64,000 bases of DNA from a virus (Duplodnaviria > Caudoviricetes), in IMG/VR virus record IMGVR_UViG_2974651877_000001, positions 49,761 to 113,760 of that record. One strand, 5' to 3'. The position numbers and the translations under genes are program-made. Shown piece after piece: positions 63,131-64,000 of the stretch. Position 1 is the stretch's first letter. Each line of letters starts with the position of its first letter. The notes beneath the pieces are model-generated. The model ran no database searches, was not told the DNA's origin, and saw only the letters and a list, made by a program, of their open reading frames with translations.

Positions 63131-63176
63131 AATTTTAAATATTTTGGTAAGAATATATTATTAAAGGAGCCCAGTA

Positions 63177-63623
63177 ATGAGCGTTTTAGACCAAAAAACA
63201 TATGATATCATATTAGAGGAAGGGGCAGACTACGGACTGAGGCTTCGTCTAAAGGAAACAGAACTACAATGCACTGAGAACCCTGTTACAGGTGCTCAAG
63301 AAAACTGCGTTGAAGCAGAGAACCCTATTAACCTAACATTCCAAGAGTTTAGTGGAACTATCGCTGACTCTTTTGAAGAAACTGCTACCGAAATCGGTAA
63401 CTTCTCCTTCCAGAAGACCGATGCAGTCAATGGTGTTGTTGATATGAGCTTAGGTAGAGCCGAAGTGCTCGCAATGTTGCCATACGCACAACCTACTCGT
63501 GACAAATATAACCCAAGAATCAGATTCCTAGGCTACTACGACGTTCTAGTGAGAGACACTCAATCAGACGTAGTAACCCGCATCATGCAAGGTAAAGTTT
63601 ACTTTAGTGACGGAGTAGTATAA
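63177..63623 (+). CDS. collar/fibre-anchoring protein (p132-like)
   Basis: RDKYNPR.RF.GYYDV and RIM.GKVY.SDGV motifs. Confidence 0.85.
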   Translation: MSVLDQKTYDIILEEGADYGLRLRLKETELQCTENPVTGAQENCVEAENPINLTFQEFSGTIADSFEETATEIGNFSFQKTDAVNGVVDMSLGRAEVLAMLPYAQPTRDKYNPRIRFLGYYDVLVRDTQSDVVTRIMQGKVYFSDGVV

Positions 63624-64000
63624 TGGCAACTAGAATTTATCTAGAACAGATAAAGAATACACTAGAGCTAGAGAGCAAACAGAATAAAGCTGTAGTCCTT
63701 GAAATAGCCCCTACTGTTGGGGCTATAAAAGGATTAGCTCAAGCATCTAAGTACCAGGGGGCTTACCCAACCGCGCCTACAGAGCGCGTAGACGGTACAG
63801 CTCTGGAAGTAGGGGACTACTACCTAAACACTACAGATGGCTACGTATATTACTACGAAGGGTCAAGTGTTTGGAAGTCTCCTGAGAAGAACTCTAAAGA
63901 GTCAGAAGACAATGCTGCAACTTCTGAAGCTAATGCAGCAACTTCTGAAACTAATGCAGCAAACTCAGCATCAGCAGCTCTAGCATCTGAGCAAGCAGCA
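63623..64000 (+). CDS. L-shaped tail fibre (pb1-like), 3'-truncated
   Basis: ATG overlaps the collar gene stop; PT.R.DGTAL..GD.Y motif then AATSEANAATSETNAANSASAA repeats. Confidence 0.8.
   Translation, partial: MATRIYLEQIKNTLELESKQNKAVVLEIAPTVGAIKGLAQASKYQGAYPTAPTERVDGTALEVGDYYLNTTDGYVYYYEGSSVWKSPEKNSKESEDNAATSEANAATSETNAANSASAALASEQAA

Noticed and set aside
63900-64000. DNA tandem repeat (GCAACTTCTGAA..AATGCA)
   Set aside because: Ordinary Ala/Ser-rich coiled-coil repeats of the tail fibre N-terminus

Overview
This window is part of a T5-like siphophage genome (Demerecviridae-type gene order), read opposite to the usual T5 orientation. The host is probably a marine gammaproteobacterium such as Vibrio (inference). 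From left to right it contains: (1) the end of the tRNA region (tRNA-Cys, tRNA-His, a D-arm-less tRNA-like RNA and structured RNAs); (2) about 30 kb of early genes driven by repeated sigma70 promoters, including dNMP kinase, ClpP, an M15 endolysin, thioredoxin, a Ser/Thr phosphatase, NMNAT-Nudix plus NAMPT NAD+ salvage, an HD (p)ppGpp-hydrolase-like protein, RNA ligase/kinase/phosphatases, T4-type spanins and several lipoproteins; (3) the pre-early/first-step-transfer block (about 33.4-41.6 kb; A2, A1, dmp), whose non-coding parts are packed with host DNA-binding-site look-alikes; (4) the late module from terminase to the start of the L-shaped fibre. The most striking observations are a second, scaffold-less HK97-fold capsid paralogue in the tail operon (52435-53208), two clusters of Fur/DnaA/LexA/sigma54/ArgR-like sites in the first-injected DNA, a rearranged tRNA-Arg(UCU)-like RNA, and a +1-type tail-chaperone frameshift. 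All calls come from reading motifs and synteny by eye and from recalled protein families; no searches were run.
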